From Candidatus Latescibacterota bacterium (GTDB lineage: Bacteria > Latescibacterota > UBA2968 > GCA-2709665): a stretch of 64,000 bases of DNA. A program made the position numbers and the translations under genes. Shown in pieces: positions 1-10,045 of the stretch (position 1 is the first letter of the stretch; each line of letters opens with the position of its first letter). Under the pieces are notes generated by a model. That model saw only the letters and a list, made by a program, of their open reading frames with translations. It searched no databases and was not told the DNA's origin. The stretch covers positions 77,087-141,086 of the forward strand of contig CAXXJS010000021.1 of the NCBI GenBank assembly GCA_963662665.2, in the 5' to 3' direction.

Positions 1-237
1 GGCGCGTTGAAGGGTTTCAAACCTGGGCATGTCTTCGGGCGACATTTCCGGCGGACGGGTCTCACATTCGCTATAGAGTTCAGGCGTGGGCGGATACGCC
101 GGCGATGACCCGAATCTCAGGTCACCGAGCACGATCTTGTCGATGCCCACGCTTTCCAGGCGGTCCAGGATGTGGTCGGCGCCTTCTTCTTCGAAGGCGT
201 CGATCCGGCCGATAAACATCCAGATATCGAGTGACAT
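1..237 (-). CDS. Hypothetical protein, N-terminal part (runs off the window)
   Basis: ATG at 237 preceded by GAGG; open to position 1 (MSLDIWMFIGRIDAFEEEGADHILDRLESVGIDKIVLGD...); not in the ORF track because it has no stop in the window. Confidence 0.65.
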   Translation of the reverse strand, partial: MSLDIWMFIGRIDAFEEEGADHILDRLESVGIDKIVLGDLRFGSSPAYPPTPELYSECETRPPEMSPEDMPRFETLQRA

Positions 238-250
238 GGACGGTCCTCAC

Positions 251-281
251 AAAAGGAGGGCGGGTATGAAACCCCGCCCTC
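251..281 (-). terminator. Intrinsic terminator-like hairpin after nadA
   Basis: GAGGGCGGG/CCCGCCCTC stem followed by CTTTT on the minus strand. Confidence 0.55.
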
Positions 282-303
282 AAGGCTCGGGATGTCTGCT
301 AAT

Positions 304-1353
304 TCAGCCAATTTCCAGCATCCGGTCCACCGCGCGTCTGGCGCGGATGCGGATATCTTCGGGCACTTCGATCACCTGTTCGTTGTTTTTCAGGGCGTTC
401 AGCGTGTCTTCAAGTGTAATCTCGTTCATATGCGGGCAGCGGATGCTGCATAGCCTTACCATTTCCTTGTCCGGGTTATCGGCCATGATATTATCGCCCA
501 TGCTGCATTCTGTAAGCAGCAGATAGCTGGAAGCTTCGGTCTCCTGAACAAAAGCGCTCATTTTGGACGTGCTGCTGGAAAAGTCGGAAGCCGCCACAAC
601 TTCAGGGCTGCACTCGGGATGGGAAAGAACGAGTACCCCCGGGAACTGCTCGCGAACGTGGGTGACATCGTCGACCGTGAATTTCTCGTGCACTTCGCAC
701 CGGCCGTGCCAGCCGATCATCTCGTATTCGAGCTCCGCTCCCGTCAGATCGGGCTCCTCCCGTGTGGGGAAGATGATTCGCTTGCCGGTTTCCTGGGCGA
801 CGTTGGCCGCCAGATATTCGTCTGGCAGAAAGATGACGGTTTCGCTCTCAAGTGATTCAACGACCCTTGCGGCGTTACTGGACGTGCAGCAGACGTCGCA
901 TTCCGCTTTCACGTCTGCATAGGTGTTGATATAAGTGACAATGGGAACGTCCGGGTAATCCCTTCTCAGCCTCCGAACGTCTTCGGCGGAGATGCTTGCC
1001 GCCAGCGAACAACCCGCAATCCTCGCCGGCAGAAGAACGGTCTTGTCCGGGTTGAGAATCTTTGCGGTTTCCGCCATGAAACGCACGCCGCAGAATACGA
1101 TGGGGTCGCAATCGGTTTCGGCGGCTTTTCGGCTGAGTTCGAGCGAATCGCCCACCACGTCGGGCACCGTATGGAAGAGCGCCGGTTCCATGTAGTTGTG
1201 CCCCAGGATGATGGCGCCGCGTTCTTCCTTCAGGCGGTTGATCTCGTGGACCAGTTCGGCTTTATACAGAAGCTCGATTTCCGGCACGATGCCGCTGAGT
1301 TTGCGCTCCATCCGTTCGTATGTTTCCTGGAGCGTATCTGTCAGAATTGCCAT
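304..1353 (-). CDS. nadA: Quinolinate synthase NadA
   Basis: ILGHNYM, GDSLEL, FCGVRFMAE, GCSLA, YINT, C-x-VH, HPEC and CPHM motifs; three Fe-S Cys present. Confidence 0.97.
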   Translation of the reverse strand: MAILTDTLQETYERMERKLSGIVPEIELLYKAELVHEINRLKEERGAIILGHNYMEPALFHTVPDVVGDSLELSRKAAETDCDPIVFCGVRFMAETAKILNPDKTVLLPARIAGCSLAASISAEDVRRLRRDYPDVPIVTYINTYADVKAECDVCCTSSNAARVVESLESETVIFLPDEYLAANVAQETGKRIIFPTREEPDLTGAELEYEMIGWHGRCEVHEKFTVDDVTHVREQFPGVLVLSHPECSPEVVAASDFSSSTSKMSAFVQETEASSYLLLTECSMGDNIMADNPDKEMVRLCSIRCPHMNEITLEDTLNALKNNEQVIEVPEDIRIRARRAVDRMLEIG

Positions 1354-1397
1354 GACGTCGATCTCCGTGCCCGTTCAATGCGGGTTTATTAGCGCTA

Positions 1398-1426
1398 AAG
1401 ATAACCAAAGTTCTCCGTATCGGCAA
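1398..1426 (-). promoter_or_regulatory. Putative sigma70 promoter for nadA
   Basis: TTGCCG-17 bp-TATCTT on the minus strand; TTAGCGCTAA palindrome at 1389-1398. Confidence 0.4.
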
Positions 1427-1592
1427 GGGGTTAGCGTACAAGATCTTTTCGCCCCGGTCAGGATGCGGCGTGACGTTAGAGCGGAACTGCGCCGTGGTGG
1501 CAGAGACGTCCCGCCGATGCTGCCAACGGCAGGGCGACGGGCGCGGTAGCGCCGGCTCGAGGGTGAATCACTGCGTCCGGCGGCGCATCCGT

Positions 1593-2651
1593 CTAGTCTC
1601 GAAGATCCGCCTGCCGAGAACGCTTAAGGAGCTCCGCTTCCGCCGCTTCCCGGTCCGCGTCGGTATTGAGAGGAGTTACCGTGACCCCGGCCGCGGGCCG
1701 CGGCGAAAGGATCCGGCCCGCGCCGGCGTTTCGCAACGCACGGACAACCGGATCGGGATCCGGCGCCAGCGCGATGATGGTGCCGCCGCCGCCGGCCCCT
1801 GCAAGCTTGGCCCCCAGAGCGCCGGCGTTCATCGCCGCCTGGATGAGGCGTTCGTTTTCCGGTCCGGAACCGCCCAGTTCCCGCTGTATCTCGTGATTCT
1901 CGACCATCAGTTCGCCCAGTGTGGGCCAGTCTCTTTCCAGGATTGCCCGTTTTCCCATCCGCGCCACGTGGGCAATCCGGAGATAGCCGCGTACGACCTC
2001 CCGGTCACCTTCCAGCCAGCGTTCCCGAATCGGACGATGCACCAGGGACGAGTCGCGTTTCACACCCGTGTGAGCCAGGATAAAGGGGCATTCGTCTACG
2101 TATGGCGCCAGGGGCTCCACTGTGGCATAGGGTTCGTCAGCAAGCGCACGGTAAAACTGTTTCTCCCGAAAATCCAGAAAGTTCAGCCCTCCGATCGTGC
2201 ACATATAGGCGTCCTGGTAGCCACAAAGAACAAGGTAATGCAGTTCGATGTGGCGGGCCATTTCTGCACGGTAGTACACGTGAACCGACCGGCCTATGTA
2301 GGCCAGAATGGCGTTGAGAATGGAGACGATCAGAGCGGATGAACTGGATAGACCCGCACGAAAGGGGACGTCGCACGCCCATCGCAGCGAGAACAGCGCC
2401 TTCTTGAGGCTGAGGAAATCGACGACGGCCTTCGCAACATCGAAATATCCGCCGTCCGGTTTCAATTGTTCAGAGGTGCGGACCACGTGGCGGCAACCCG
2501 CAGTTTCAAAGACGAGTTCGTCAGCGGCTTCGATCAGTACGACGGCGCGTTCCACCGTGGAACAGGAGATGACGCTGCCGCCGTACATGTCGGTGGGGTT
2601 GCCTATAATGCCGGCTCGGCCCGGCGCCGTGCTCAGGTAAGCCCCCGGCAT
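1593..2651 (-). CDS. GHMP-family sugar kinase, glucuronokinase-like
   Basis: APGRAGIIGNPTDMYGG, VPFRAGLSSSSA, GYQD and GAKLAGAGGGG motifs. Confidence 0.85.
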   Translation of the reverse strand: MPGAYLSTAPGRAGIIGNPTDMYGGSVISCSTVERAVVLIEAADELVFETAGCRHVVRTSEQLKPDGGYFDVAKAVVDFLSLKKALFSLRWACDVPFRAGLSSSSALIVSILNAILAYIGRSVHVYYRAEMARHIELHYLVLCGYQDAYMCTIGGLNFLDFREKQFYRALADEPYATVEPLAPYVDECPFILAHTGVKRDSSLVHRPIRERWLEGDREVVRGYLRIAHVARMGKRAILERDWPTLGELMVENHEIQRELGGSGPENERLIQAAMNAGALGAKLAGAGGGGTIIALAPDPDPVVRALRNAGAGRILSPRPAAGVTVTPLNTDADREAAEAELLKRSRQADLRD

Positions 2652-2653
2652 AT

Positions 2654-3559
2654 TCAGAATTCCCTCAGCTGTTTCTGAATATGCTGGCGGATGATATACC
2701 CGTGGCGCTGATCGGAGATGGCGAAGTCGATAAAGGCTTTGTAGTAAGAAACGGGGTCGCCGATGCCGTATCGTATTTCTTCCTCTTTCAGCCGGACACA
2801 GCGTACGTTCCGGCCCATTTTGATTAGCGTCGCTATGGCATCCGTGAGTTCCAGTTTCCCGCTGGGACCGGGCAGGGTATGACGGAGCGCATCGAATATC
2901 TCGGGATGAAACACATACCGGGCGGCGACTGCGAGGCGACTGGGCGCGTCGGCGATAGCCGGCTTTTCCACGATGCTCTCAATCTCGAAATCAGTCCCTG
3001 CTCTGCCTTTTGGTTTGACAATACCGTAGTTGGGCACTTCCGAGGGCTCTACCTCCACTACGGCGATCGTACAGCGGGAATCGTGCTGGAAGTGGGATCT
3101 GATCATTCTCCGCATCAATCCCGCGTGGTTCCCTGATTTTACAATTGTATCACCAAGCGCGACAATAAAGGAATCGTCTCCAACGAAGTTTTCCGCGCCG
3201 GCCACGGCGTCTCCGATTCCGGGCGGTGTGTGCCGCCCATGGGGAATGAGCTGTCGGGTGTAAAAAAACCTGACCGTTGCACGTCCGTAATCCACCACGT
3301 CAAGCAACTCGCGGTTTTCACTCTCCGATAGGCGATTCAACAGTTCAGGGTCCCGATCGAAGTGGTCTTCCACAGACCGTTTATCGCGCCCGGTAATGAA
3401 CAGGAAATTCGTCAGGCCCTGGTCTACCATTTCTTCCACGACGTATTGAACCACGGGTTTACACGCCACCGGGAGCATCTCTTTCGGTTGCGATTTGGTG
3501 GCCGGCAGCAGTCCGGTGCCCATACCGGCTAACGGGATAACGACCTTCTCGATGTCCAT
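2654..3559 (-). CDS. GalU/GalF-like sugar-1-phosphate nucleotidyltransferase with divergent motifs
   Basis: PLAGMGTGLLPATKSQPKEMLPV, EDHFD, LGD, VEKP and ELTDA motifs. Confidence 0.85.
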   Translation of the reverse strand: MDIEKVVIPLAGMGTGLLPATKSQPKEMLPVACKPVVQYVVEEMVDQGLTNFLFITGRDKRSVEDHFDRDPELLNRLSESENRELLDVVDYGRATVRFFYTRQLIPHGRHTPPGIGDAVAGAENFVGDDSFIVALGDTIVKSGNHAGLMRRMIRSHFQHDSRCTIAVVEVEPSEVPNYGIVKPKGRAGTDFEIESIVEKPAIADAPSRLAVAARYVFHPEIFDALRHTLPGPSGKLELTDAIATLIKMGRNVRCVRLKEEEIRYGIGDPVSYYKAFIDFAISDQRHGYIIRQHIQKQLREF

Positions 3560-3682
3560 ACTACCGAACTCCCCTTCGAACGGATTGAGTAAGCTTGTCG
3601 GGCCTGGCAGGGGCCACCCTGCGGCTTCGAATTGCGAAGGCCGCTTTGCACGTACAGCCGGAGCGGGAACCTGAATGCGGCG

Positions 3683-3720
3683 AATATAAAATCAGGGCGT
3701 GCCTGCTGCGGCACACCCTG
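3683..3720 (-). terminator. Intrinsic terminator after trxA
   Basis: Minus strand CAGGGTGTGCC-loop-GGCACGCCCTG followed by ATTTTATATT. Confidence 0.55.
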
Positions 3721-3789
3721 AATTCGATGTGACAGTCGTGGTTCGAAACGCGTCCGCTCAGGTCGTTTTCGGACAGCGTGGCCGCTTCT

Positions 3790-4113
3790 CTACAACACGG
3801 CCTCGAGTTTATCGACCAATTGTTTTTTAGGGACCGCGCCAACGATCTGGTCGGCCAGTTCGCCGTTTTTGAATATAAGCAGTGTCGGTATACTGCGGAT
3901 GCCAAAGTCGGAGGCGATTTTCTGTTCGGAGTCCACGTCGACTTTGCCGACCTTGACCCGGCCCTCGTACTCGACGGCAAGTTCGTCTACAATAGGAGCA
4001 ACCATGCGGCATGGTCCGCACCAGACAGCCCAGAAGTCCACGAGCACCGGGATGGTGGATTCGACCACTTCAGACTGAAAACTATCGTCGGTTATGGTAA
4101 TTGCATTTGCCAA
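3790..4113 (-). CDS. trxA: Thioredoxin
   Basis: VDFWAVWCGPC, SIPTL, GAVPK; TTG start. Confidence 0.97.
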   Translation of the reverse strand: MANAITITDDSFQSEVVESTIPVLVDFWAVWCGPCRMVAPIVDELAVEYEGRVKVGKVDVDSEQKIASDFGIRSIPTLLIFKNGELADQIVGAVPKKQLVDKLEAVL

Positions 4114-4238
4114 GGCACGTACCGCCTTTCTCCGTTGGTTTTAAGGAACATTGAAAAATTGCCAGCTGAGACGTGAGTGGACGGACCGACTTGCGTCAGA
4201 CACGGACCGTGGACATTCGGCTCCGTCAGGAAATGTGA

Positions 4239-4267
4239 AATCTACCAAGTTTTCACGGGCATGTCAA
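4239..4267 (-). promoter_or_regulatory. Putative sigma70 promoter for trxA
   Basis: TTGACA-17 bp-TAGATT on the minus strand. Confidence 0.55.
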
Positions 4268-4318
4268 GAATCAGAAAAACGGGTGGAAGCTCAAGGGAAG
4301 AGGCGACCTGGATCCGGT

Positions 4319-5347
4319 TCAGCCGGTCGGACCGGAACACATCCGACAGATGAGCCCCGTAAGGGTGGCGGCCGGCGCACGAGAACGGGACTTCAGCCGG
4401 TTATCCGCGTCCAGGAGCGCGTCGTAAGCCTGCCACAGGCTCCGGTCATCGAACTGCTCCGCCTGTCCGACATAGTTGGATAGAAAGAAAGGGGGCACCT
4501 TCAGTTTTCCCGCCAATTCAGATCGGGACAGCCCCTGATTCCGGAGCCAGCGTGCCTTACGAAGAATTCCGATATGCCGTATGAGCATCGCGACAACAGC
4601 CACCGGGTTGTCGCCCCGATCGAGCAGGTGGTGGAGAACCGCCAGGGCTTCGTCGGCTTTCCGATTCCCCACGGCATCCGCAAGCTCAAAAACCGTCGCG
4701 CTCCGCGAACCGCCAGCCACCTGGATGACGTCGTCTCGCGTGATGGTATCTCGTTCGTCTGCATATATGGAAAGCTTCTCGATTTCGCTGGCGAGTTCGC
4801 CGGGACTCGGGCCTACGCCGAGGTGAAGCAGGTGCGCGGCATCAGGTTCGATCCGTTTATTCAGGGCGGCCGCGCGTCTTCGAATCCACTCCGGGAGTTC
4901 CCTCTCGTAAGGCGGCTTGAATTCTATCGCGACGGCGTTCTTTCGCAACGCGACGCTGAGCTTCTTTCGACCGTCCAATTTGTCCGCTGTGATAATTAGA
5001 ACAGTGGAATCGACAGGTTTGTCAATAAGGGTCAGGAGCGTTCGCGCGTCGGTGTCCCGCAACCGTTCCACCCGTTTGACAACGACAACCCTGCGCGACG
5101 CCATCATCGGAAAGGCGGTTGCCCGGCTGACAGCGTCGGCCACGTCCATATCTTCACCGCGGAATATATCCAGGTTGAAGGCGCGTAACGCGGGATCGAC
5201 AGCAGCATCCACAAGGGCTTTCAGGCTTTCTTCCTTGCTGACGTTCTCAGATCCGTGCATCAAATAGAGCGGTGCAAATTCGCCCCGTTGAATCTGTGCG
5301 GTCAGCCTATCCTGCGGGTTGCCTGATTTAGATCTGGATTTGGCCAC
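4319..5347 (-). CDS. holA: DNA polymerase III delta subunit
   Basis: PLYLMHG, PMMASRRVVVV, EIEKL, VFELADA, ADNRLKS; start estimated at a GTG. Confidence 0.9.
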   Translation of the reverse strand: MAKSRSKSGNPQDRLTAQIQRGEFAPLYLMHGSENVSKEESLKALVDAAVDPALRAFNLDIFRGEDMDVADAVSRATAFPMMASRRVVVVKRVERLRDTDARTLLTLIDKPVDSTVLIITADKLDGRKKLSVALRKNAVAIEFKPPYERELPEWIRRRAAALNKRIEPDAAHLLHLGVGPSPGELASEIEKLSIYADERDTITRDDVIQVAGGSRSATVFELADAVGNRKADEALAVLHHLLDRGDNPVAVVAMLIRHIGILRKARWLRNQGLSRSELAGKLKVPPFFLSNYVGQAEQFDDRSLWQAYDALLDADNRLKSRSRAPAATLTGLICRMCSGPTG

Positions 5348-5478
5348 GGTCGTGGTAAATGCAAGAGATGCAGAAGATATCAAAACAGGTAAGGAACGAC
5401 GCTGCCAGAAAGCGCTAGCGTGCTGTCTCACCCACGCAGACAGGCGGATGAATGGCGACATATTTCCGGGACGGGTCG

Positions 5479-5670
5479 CTAGCCGTCCAGGTCCCGAAAT
5501 TCAGCATCCCTGATCCGGTTCTTGTTGACGTCCCAGGATGGCTTCTTGCCGTGTGAACGTGACCCCCCCTTCCGGCGCCAGACCCATCGAAGCGAGGAGC
5601 GCAAAACATCCCTGAGTATACGGTATACGAGACCCAGCAACAGGCAAAAAAGGAAAATGCGCAACAACAT
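5479..5670 (-). CDS. Small single-TM hypothetical protein
   Basis: Hydrophobic N-terminus, basic linker and IRDAEFRDL tail; GGAG RBS directly after purM. Confidence 0.6.
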   Translation of the reverse strand: MLLRIFLFCLLLGLVYRILRDVLRSSLRWVWRRKGGSRSHGKKPSWDVNKNRIRDAEFRDLDG

Positions 5671-5682
5671 GGTGTACTCCCG

Positions 5683-6726
5683 CTAAAGGATTTGAACACC
5701 GGAAACCGGATCGATGACAACTTCACCCACGACGTAGCCTGTCTCTCCGTTTCGATTCAACTGTTCGATCGCATTTTCAGCCTGACCGGGGGGAACGACA
5801 AGCACCAGGCCCAGACCCATGTTGAACACACGAAACATCTCGTCGGTTTCAATATAGTCGCCCATTTTCTGCAACAGGTTGAATACGGGCAATTCGGGCC
5901 ATGTTCCCCGGTATACGCGCGCGCCGAGCCCATCGGGAAGGGTGCGCGGCAGATTGTCCACAAGCCCTCCGCCGGTGATGTGGGCCATCCCCCTTACCTC
6001 CACGGCTTCCATAAGGTTGAAGGCCGATGATACGTAACTCCGGTGAGGGGCCAGCAAGGTATCGCCGATCGTGCCGCCGAGTTCGCCCAGATGGGTGTCG
6101 ACGGTCCATCCTGCGGTTTCGAAGAAGAGTTTGCGCGCCAGGGAAAATCCGTTGGTGTGCAGTCCGGACGACGGCAGACCGATGAGCTTGTCTCCCTGCT
6201 GAACCCGTGTACCGTCCAGAATCTCTTCCCGGTTGACAATACCGACAATAGTACCCGCCAGGTCGTATTCGCCGTCGGCGTAGAAGTCCGGCATTTCCGC
6301 CATTTCCCCACCCAGCAGCGCGCATCCGCAGGCTTTGCATCCGTTCGCGATTCCCTCAATGACGGCCTCGGCCACGACGGTGTCGTGTTTACCCATGGCC
6401 AGGTAGTCCAGGAAAAAGAGCGGGCGCGCGCCCTGTACGAGTATGTCGTTGGCGCAGTGGGCCACAAGGTCCGCACCGACCGTATTGTGGACATCCGTCA
6501 TAAAGGCAATCTTGAGCTTCGTGCCGACACCGTCCGTTCCCGCCACCAGGACGGGATGCCGATAGGCATCCCATTGCGGCGCGAAGAGACCGCCGAACCC
6601 GCCGATATCGGTGAGTACTTCAGGACCGAATGTTGATCGTACCAGCCTGGAGATGCCTTTCTTGGTCCGACTGGCGCTTTCGATATCCACGCCGGCGGCG
6701 GTATATGCGCCTGACTTTCCCCTCAT
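5683..6726 (-). CDS. purM: Phosphoribosylformylglycinamidine cyclo-ligase
   Basis: YTAAGVDI, DGVGTK, PLFFLDY, GGEMAEMP, SSGLHTNG, HITGGG, FNMG; start approximate. Confidence 0.97.
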   Translation of the reverse strand: MRGKSGAYTAAGVDIESASRTKKGISRLVRSTFGPEVLTDIGGFGGLFAPQWDAYRHPVLVAGTDGVGTKLKIAFMTDVHNTVGADLVAHCANDILVQGARPLFFLDYLAMGKHDTVVAEAVIEGIANGCKACGCALLGGEMAEMPDFYADGEYDLAGTIVGIVNREEILDGTRVQQGDKLIGLPSSGLHTNGFSLARKLFFETAGWTVDTHLGELGGTIGDTLLAPHRSYVSSAFNLMEAVEVRGMAHITGGGLVDNLPRTLPDGLGARVYRGTWPELPVFNLLQKMGDYIETDEMFRVFNMGLGLVLVVPPGQAENAIEQLNRNGETGYVVGEVVIDPVSGVQIL

Positions 6727-6830
6727 CGGGCTACCTTCCATACTTCGTCTCAAAATACACGGGGAGGAGGGACAGGATAAGATACGTGATTTTCAATCCA
6801 CCTGAGTATAAGGCGGCGTTTATGCAGGGC

Positions 6831-7811
6831 TCATTCGACTGCGCCGCATTTCGACGGCGGGTAATCGCCGCGTCCGACCGGCAATTTTGCATCCTCTCCG
6901 GGTGCGGCACGTACGGCGCCCGAGGCCGCAACGATCTCTTCGGCAACACGCGCTGCACGACCGGCTGCCGCAACGTCATGCACGCGCACTACGTGAGCCC
7001 CGGCGGCCACGGATAAACCCACCGCGGACAGCGTACCTTCCAGCCGTTCTTCAGGCGTAAGATCCAGCCCGGCGCCAACGAATCTCTTCCGCGACGGGCC
7101 CACCAGCAGAGGGCGGCCCAGATCATGGAATTCCTCAAGCCGGGCAAGAATCTCAAAGTTGTGGGTACTTCGTTTGCCGAATCCCAGTCCGGGGTCAATC
7201 AGAATCCTGCCTGGCGCGATGCCGGCTTTGAGGGCTGCGGCCAGGCGAACGTTGAGAAAATCGGTTATTTCGTGGATCAGGTTGTGATACGACGGATTAA
7301 TCTGCATGGTTCGGGGCGTGCCCTTCATGTGCATAAGGACAACCGCGGCGCCCGATTGTGCGACGGTTTCGGCCATGAGGGGGTCGAAGCGCATCGCGCT
7401 TATGTCGTTGACGATGGATGCGCCCGATTCTATTGCTTTCTCCACGACGGCCGCTTTCGTGGTGTCTACGGAAATGAGCCGGTCTGTTCTGGATGCGATT
7501 TCTTCGATCACCGGCGCCGTACGGCGAATTTCCTCTTCCGTCGAAACGGTGCGGGCTCCCGCGCCGTACGTCCCTGCCGGACGGGTGGACTCGCCTCCTA
7601 CGTCGATGATATCCGCGCCCTCTTCAACCATCCGAAGCCCATGCGCGACGGCTTGCCGTGGTTCGAAATAACGCCCACCGTCGGCAAATGAATCGGGTGT
7701 GACGTTGAGAATACCCATAATCAGGGTTCGTGCGCCCAGTTGAAGGACGTTGCCCCGGCAATCGAGCCGGCGCGCGGGGGAGGTTACGTATCGCATTGGA
7801 AATGTGGACAT
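6831..7811 (-). CDS. folP: Dihydropteroate synthase
   Basis: MGILNVTPDSF, DVGGESTRP, DPGLGFGK, GPSRK, RVHDV. Confidence 0.97.
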   Translation of the reverse strand: MSTFPMRYVTSPARRLDCRGNVLQLGARTLIMGILNVTPDSFADGGRYFEPRQAVAHGLRMVEEGADIIDVGGESTRPAGTYGAGARTVSTEEEIRRTAPVIEEIASRTDRLISVDTTKAAVVEKAIESGASIVNDISAMRFDPLMAETVAQSGAAVVLMHMKGTPRTMQINPSYHNLIHEITDFLNVRLAAALKAGIAPGRILIDPGLGFGKRSTHNFEILARLEEFHDLGRPLLVGPSRKRFVGAGLDLTPEERLEGTLSAVGLSVAAGAHVVRVHDVAAAGRAARVAEEIVAASGAVRAAPGEDAKLPVGRGDYPPSKCGAVE

Positions 7812-7874
7812 GCAAAAGGGATGGCAAAATGACGCGGCCTTTTACCATCCCTCATTGAATTTCGAGGAGAGTGT

Positions 7875-10022
7875 TTACGCTTCGTTATCGGATCCTTCAT
7901 TCTGTTCGGCTGTCTGATCCTCCGGGGAGGGCGTGCCAGGCTCGTCCGCGTCGGCGGTTGCGTCCTGTTTTGGACGTCCGTTTTGAGATTCGGACGGTTC
8001 AGGAGGTTTTTGGAGCTTTTCTCCAGCCAGAATACGGTCGAGTTGGGAGTCATCCAGCACTTCGAACTCCAGAAGCGCATCCGCCAGCACGTGGACCTGG
8101 GCGATATTCTCCCGCAGCAGGGCTTCCGCCCGGTCCTCCGCGGTAAGGACGAAGTTGCGGATTTCGTCGTCGATGACCTGTGCGACCTTTTCGCTGAAAT
8201 CCCGGCGCTGGGCTATTTCACGGCCAAGGAAGACCTCGTCCTGTCTGTTTCCGTACGATACGGGACCCAGTTCCTCGCTCATGCCCCAGTCGCAGACCAT
8301 TCGGCGCGCGAGGTCGGTGGCCATCTTGTAGTCCTGCTGGCCGCCGCTGGAGACTTCTCCGAAGACGATTTTTTCAGCCACCCGACCACCCAGCGCATAC
8401 GTGAGAACGGCGTCGCTGTAGCTCCTCGAGTAGTTGTGGCGTTCGTCGATTGGCAGATAAGTGGTGAGTCCGAGAGATTGGCCGCGTGGAATAATGGTGA
8501 CCTTGTGTACCGGATCGGACTCCGGCACGAGTTTGGCCACCAGCGCGTGACCGATTTCGTGGTAGGCCGTAGTTTTCTTTTCCGAATCTGAAATGACCAG
8601 ACTGCGCCTTTCCACGCCCATAATGACCTTGTCTTTGGCATTTTCGAAGTCCTCCATAATTACGGAGGTCCGGTCGTGCCTGGAGGCGAGCAGCGCGGCC
8701 TCGTTGACCAGGTTTTCCAGGTCGGCCTGGGAAAAGCCGGGCGTAGCCCGTGCGAGAACGGTCAGATCGACGTCCTTGTCCAACGGGGTATTTCGGATGT
8801 GGACTTTCAGGACACCCTCCCGGCCCTTGACGTCCGGCCGGTCCACAACCACCTGTCGGTCGAAACGGCCCGGACGCAACAGGGCCGGATCGAGGACGTC
8901 GGGCCTGTTGGTGGCGGCAATGAGGATGACCCCTTCCTTGGAGTCGAATCCGTCCATTTCAACCAGCAACTGGTTGAGCGTCTGCTCCCGCTCGTCGTGG
9001 CCGCCCCCGATGCCGGCGCCCCGGTGCCGCCCCACGGCATCGATTTCGTCTATGAAGATGATGCATGGCGCATTGGCCTTTCCCTGTTCAAACAGGTCGC
9101 GAACGCGGGAGGCGCCAACGCCGACGAACATTTCGACAAAGTCGGAGCCGCTCATGCTGTAGAACGGTACGCCGGCCTCGCCTGCAACCGCTTTGGCCAT
9201 ATACGTTTTGCCGGTACCCGGCGGCCCGACCAGGAGTACACCCTTCGGGATTCGGCCGCCGAGCCGCTGGAATTTTCGGGGATCCTTGAGGTACTCGATA
9301 ATCTCCTGGAGTTCCTGTTTGGCCTCGTCCGATCCGGCCACGTCTTCAAAGGTGACTTTTGGGCGGTCTTCAGTAACCAGCTTCGCCCTGCTCTTGCCGA
9401 AGCTGAACGCACCCTTGGGGCCTCCCTGCATCTGTCTGAAGATGAAGAGCCAGAGGCCCACAAAGAGCAACCACGGCAGGAAGTTGAAGAAGACCTTCAA
9501 CCAGTCGAAGGGTTTTTCCTGAAAGCGGAAGTCGATTTCGTATTTTTCCCAGTCGGCAATTGCCTCTTCGCCGATGACGCCCAGGTTGACCACAAAGGTG
9601 CGATACGGCTGTTGCGCGCCCCGACTGCTCGCATATTCGGGTTCGAGCAACGTGCCGTGAAAATCGCTGTCGATGATGATGGCGCTTTCGATCTTGCCTT
9701 GTTTCATCAGGGTCCGGTACTCCTTGTAGCTGAGTACGACGTCGCCAGAGCCGGTACTGCTCCCGAAGAACCGGGTCGCAAAAAGGGCGACGAGAACAAA
9801 AAAGACCCAGAATGCAAGCGTTTTTGAGCGCCGCCGCCACTCGCTGCCGTCGTTCTCGGGACTTGATCCGGGCTCCCGGTTCTGCCGCGGTCGCGGTCGG
9901 TTCCTCGGGGCCTCGTGTTCTTCCCGGTCGCTGTCAGATTCAGGCTTCAACTCCGGCACGGGCGGCGTCTGTTCTTTTTGCTCCGCAGCCGGGGTTTTTT
10001 CCTGATCTTTACGTTCTGCCAT
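7875..10022 (-). CDS. ftsH: ATP-dependent zinc metalloprotease FtsH
   Basis: Two TM helices, [21 protein letters not shown][14 protein letters not shown], HEIGH. Confidence 0.98.
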   Translation of the reverse strand: MAERKDQEKTPAAEQKEQTPPVPELKPESDSDREEHEAPRNRPRPRQNREPGSSPENDGSEWRRRSKTLAFWVFFVLVALFATRFFGSSTGSGDVVLSYKEYRTLMKQGKIESAIIIDSDFHGTLLEPEYASSRGAQQPYRTFVVNLGVIGEEAIADWEKYEIDFRFQEKPFDWLKVFFNFLPWLLFVGLWLFIFRQMQGGPKGAFSFGKSRAKLVTEDRPKVTFEDVAGSDEAKQELQEIIEYLKDPRKFQRLGGRIPKGVLLVGPPGTGKTYMAKAVAGEAGVPFYSMSGSDFVEMFVGVGASRVRDLFEQGKANAPCIIFIDEIDAVGRHRGAGIGGGHDEREQTLNQLLVEMDGFDSKEGVILIAATNRPDVLDPALLRPGRFDRQVVVDRPDVKGREGVLKVHIRNTPLDKDVDLTVLARATPGFSQADLENLVNEAALLASRHDRTSVIMEDFENAKDKVIMGVERRSLVISDSEKKTTAYHEIGHALVAKLVPESDPVHKVTIIPRGQSLGLTTYLPIDERHNYSRSYSDAVLTYALGGRVAEKIVFGEVSSGGQQDYKMATDLARRMVCDWGMSEELGPVSYGNRQDEVFLGREIAQRRDFSEKVAQVIDDEIRNFVLTAEDRAEALLRENIAQVHVLADALLEFEVLDDSQLDRILAGEKLQKPPEPSESQNGRPKQDATADADEPGTPSPEDQTAEQNEGSDNEA

Positions 10023-10045
10023 GTGAACCGCCTTGCCAATGATAC

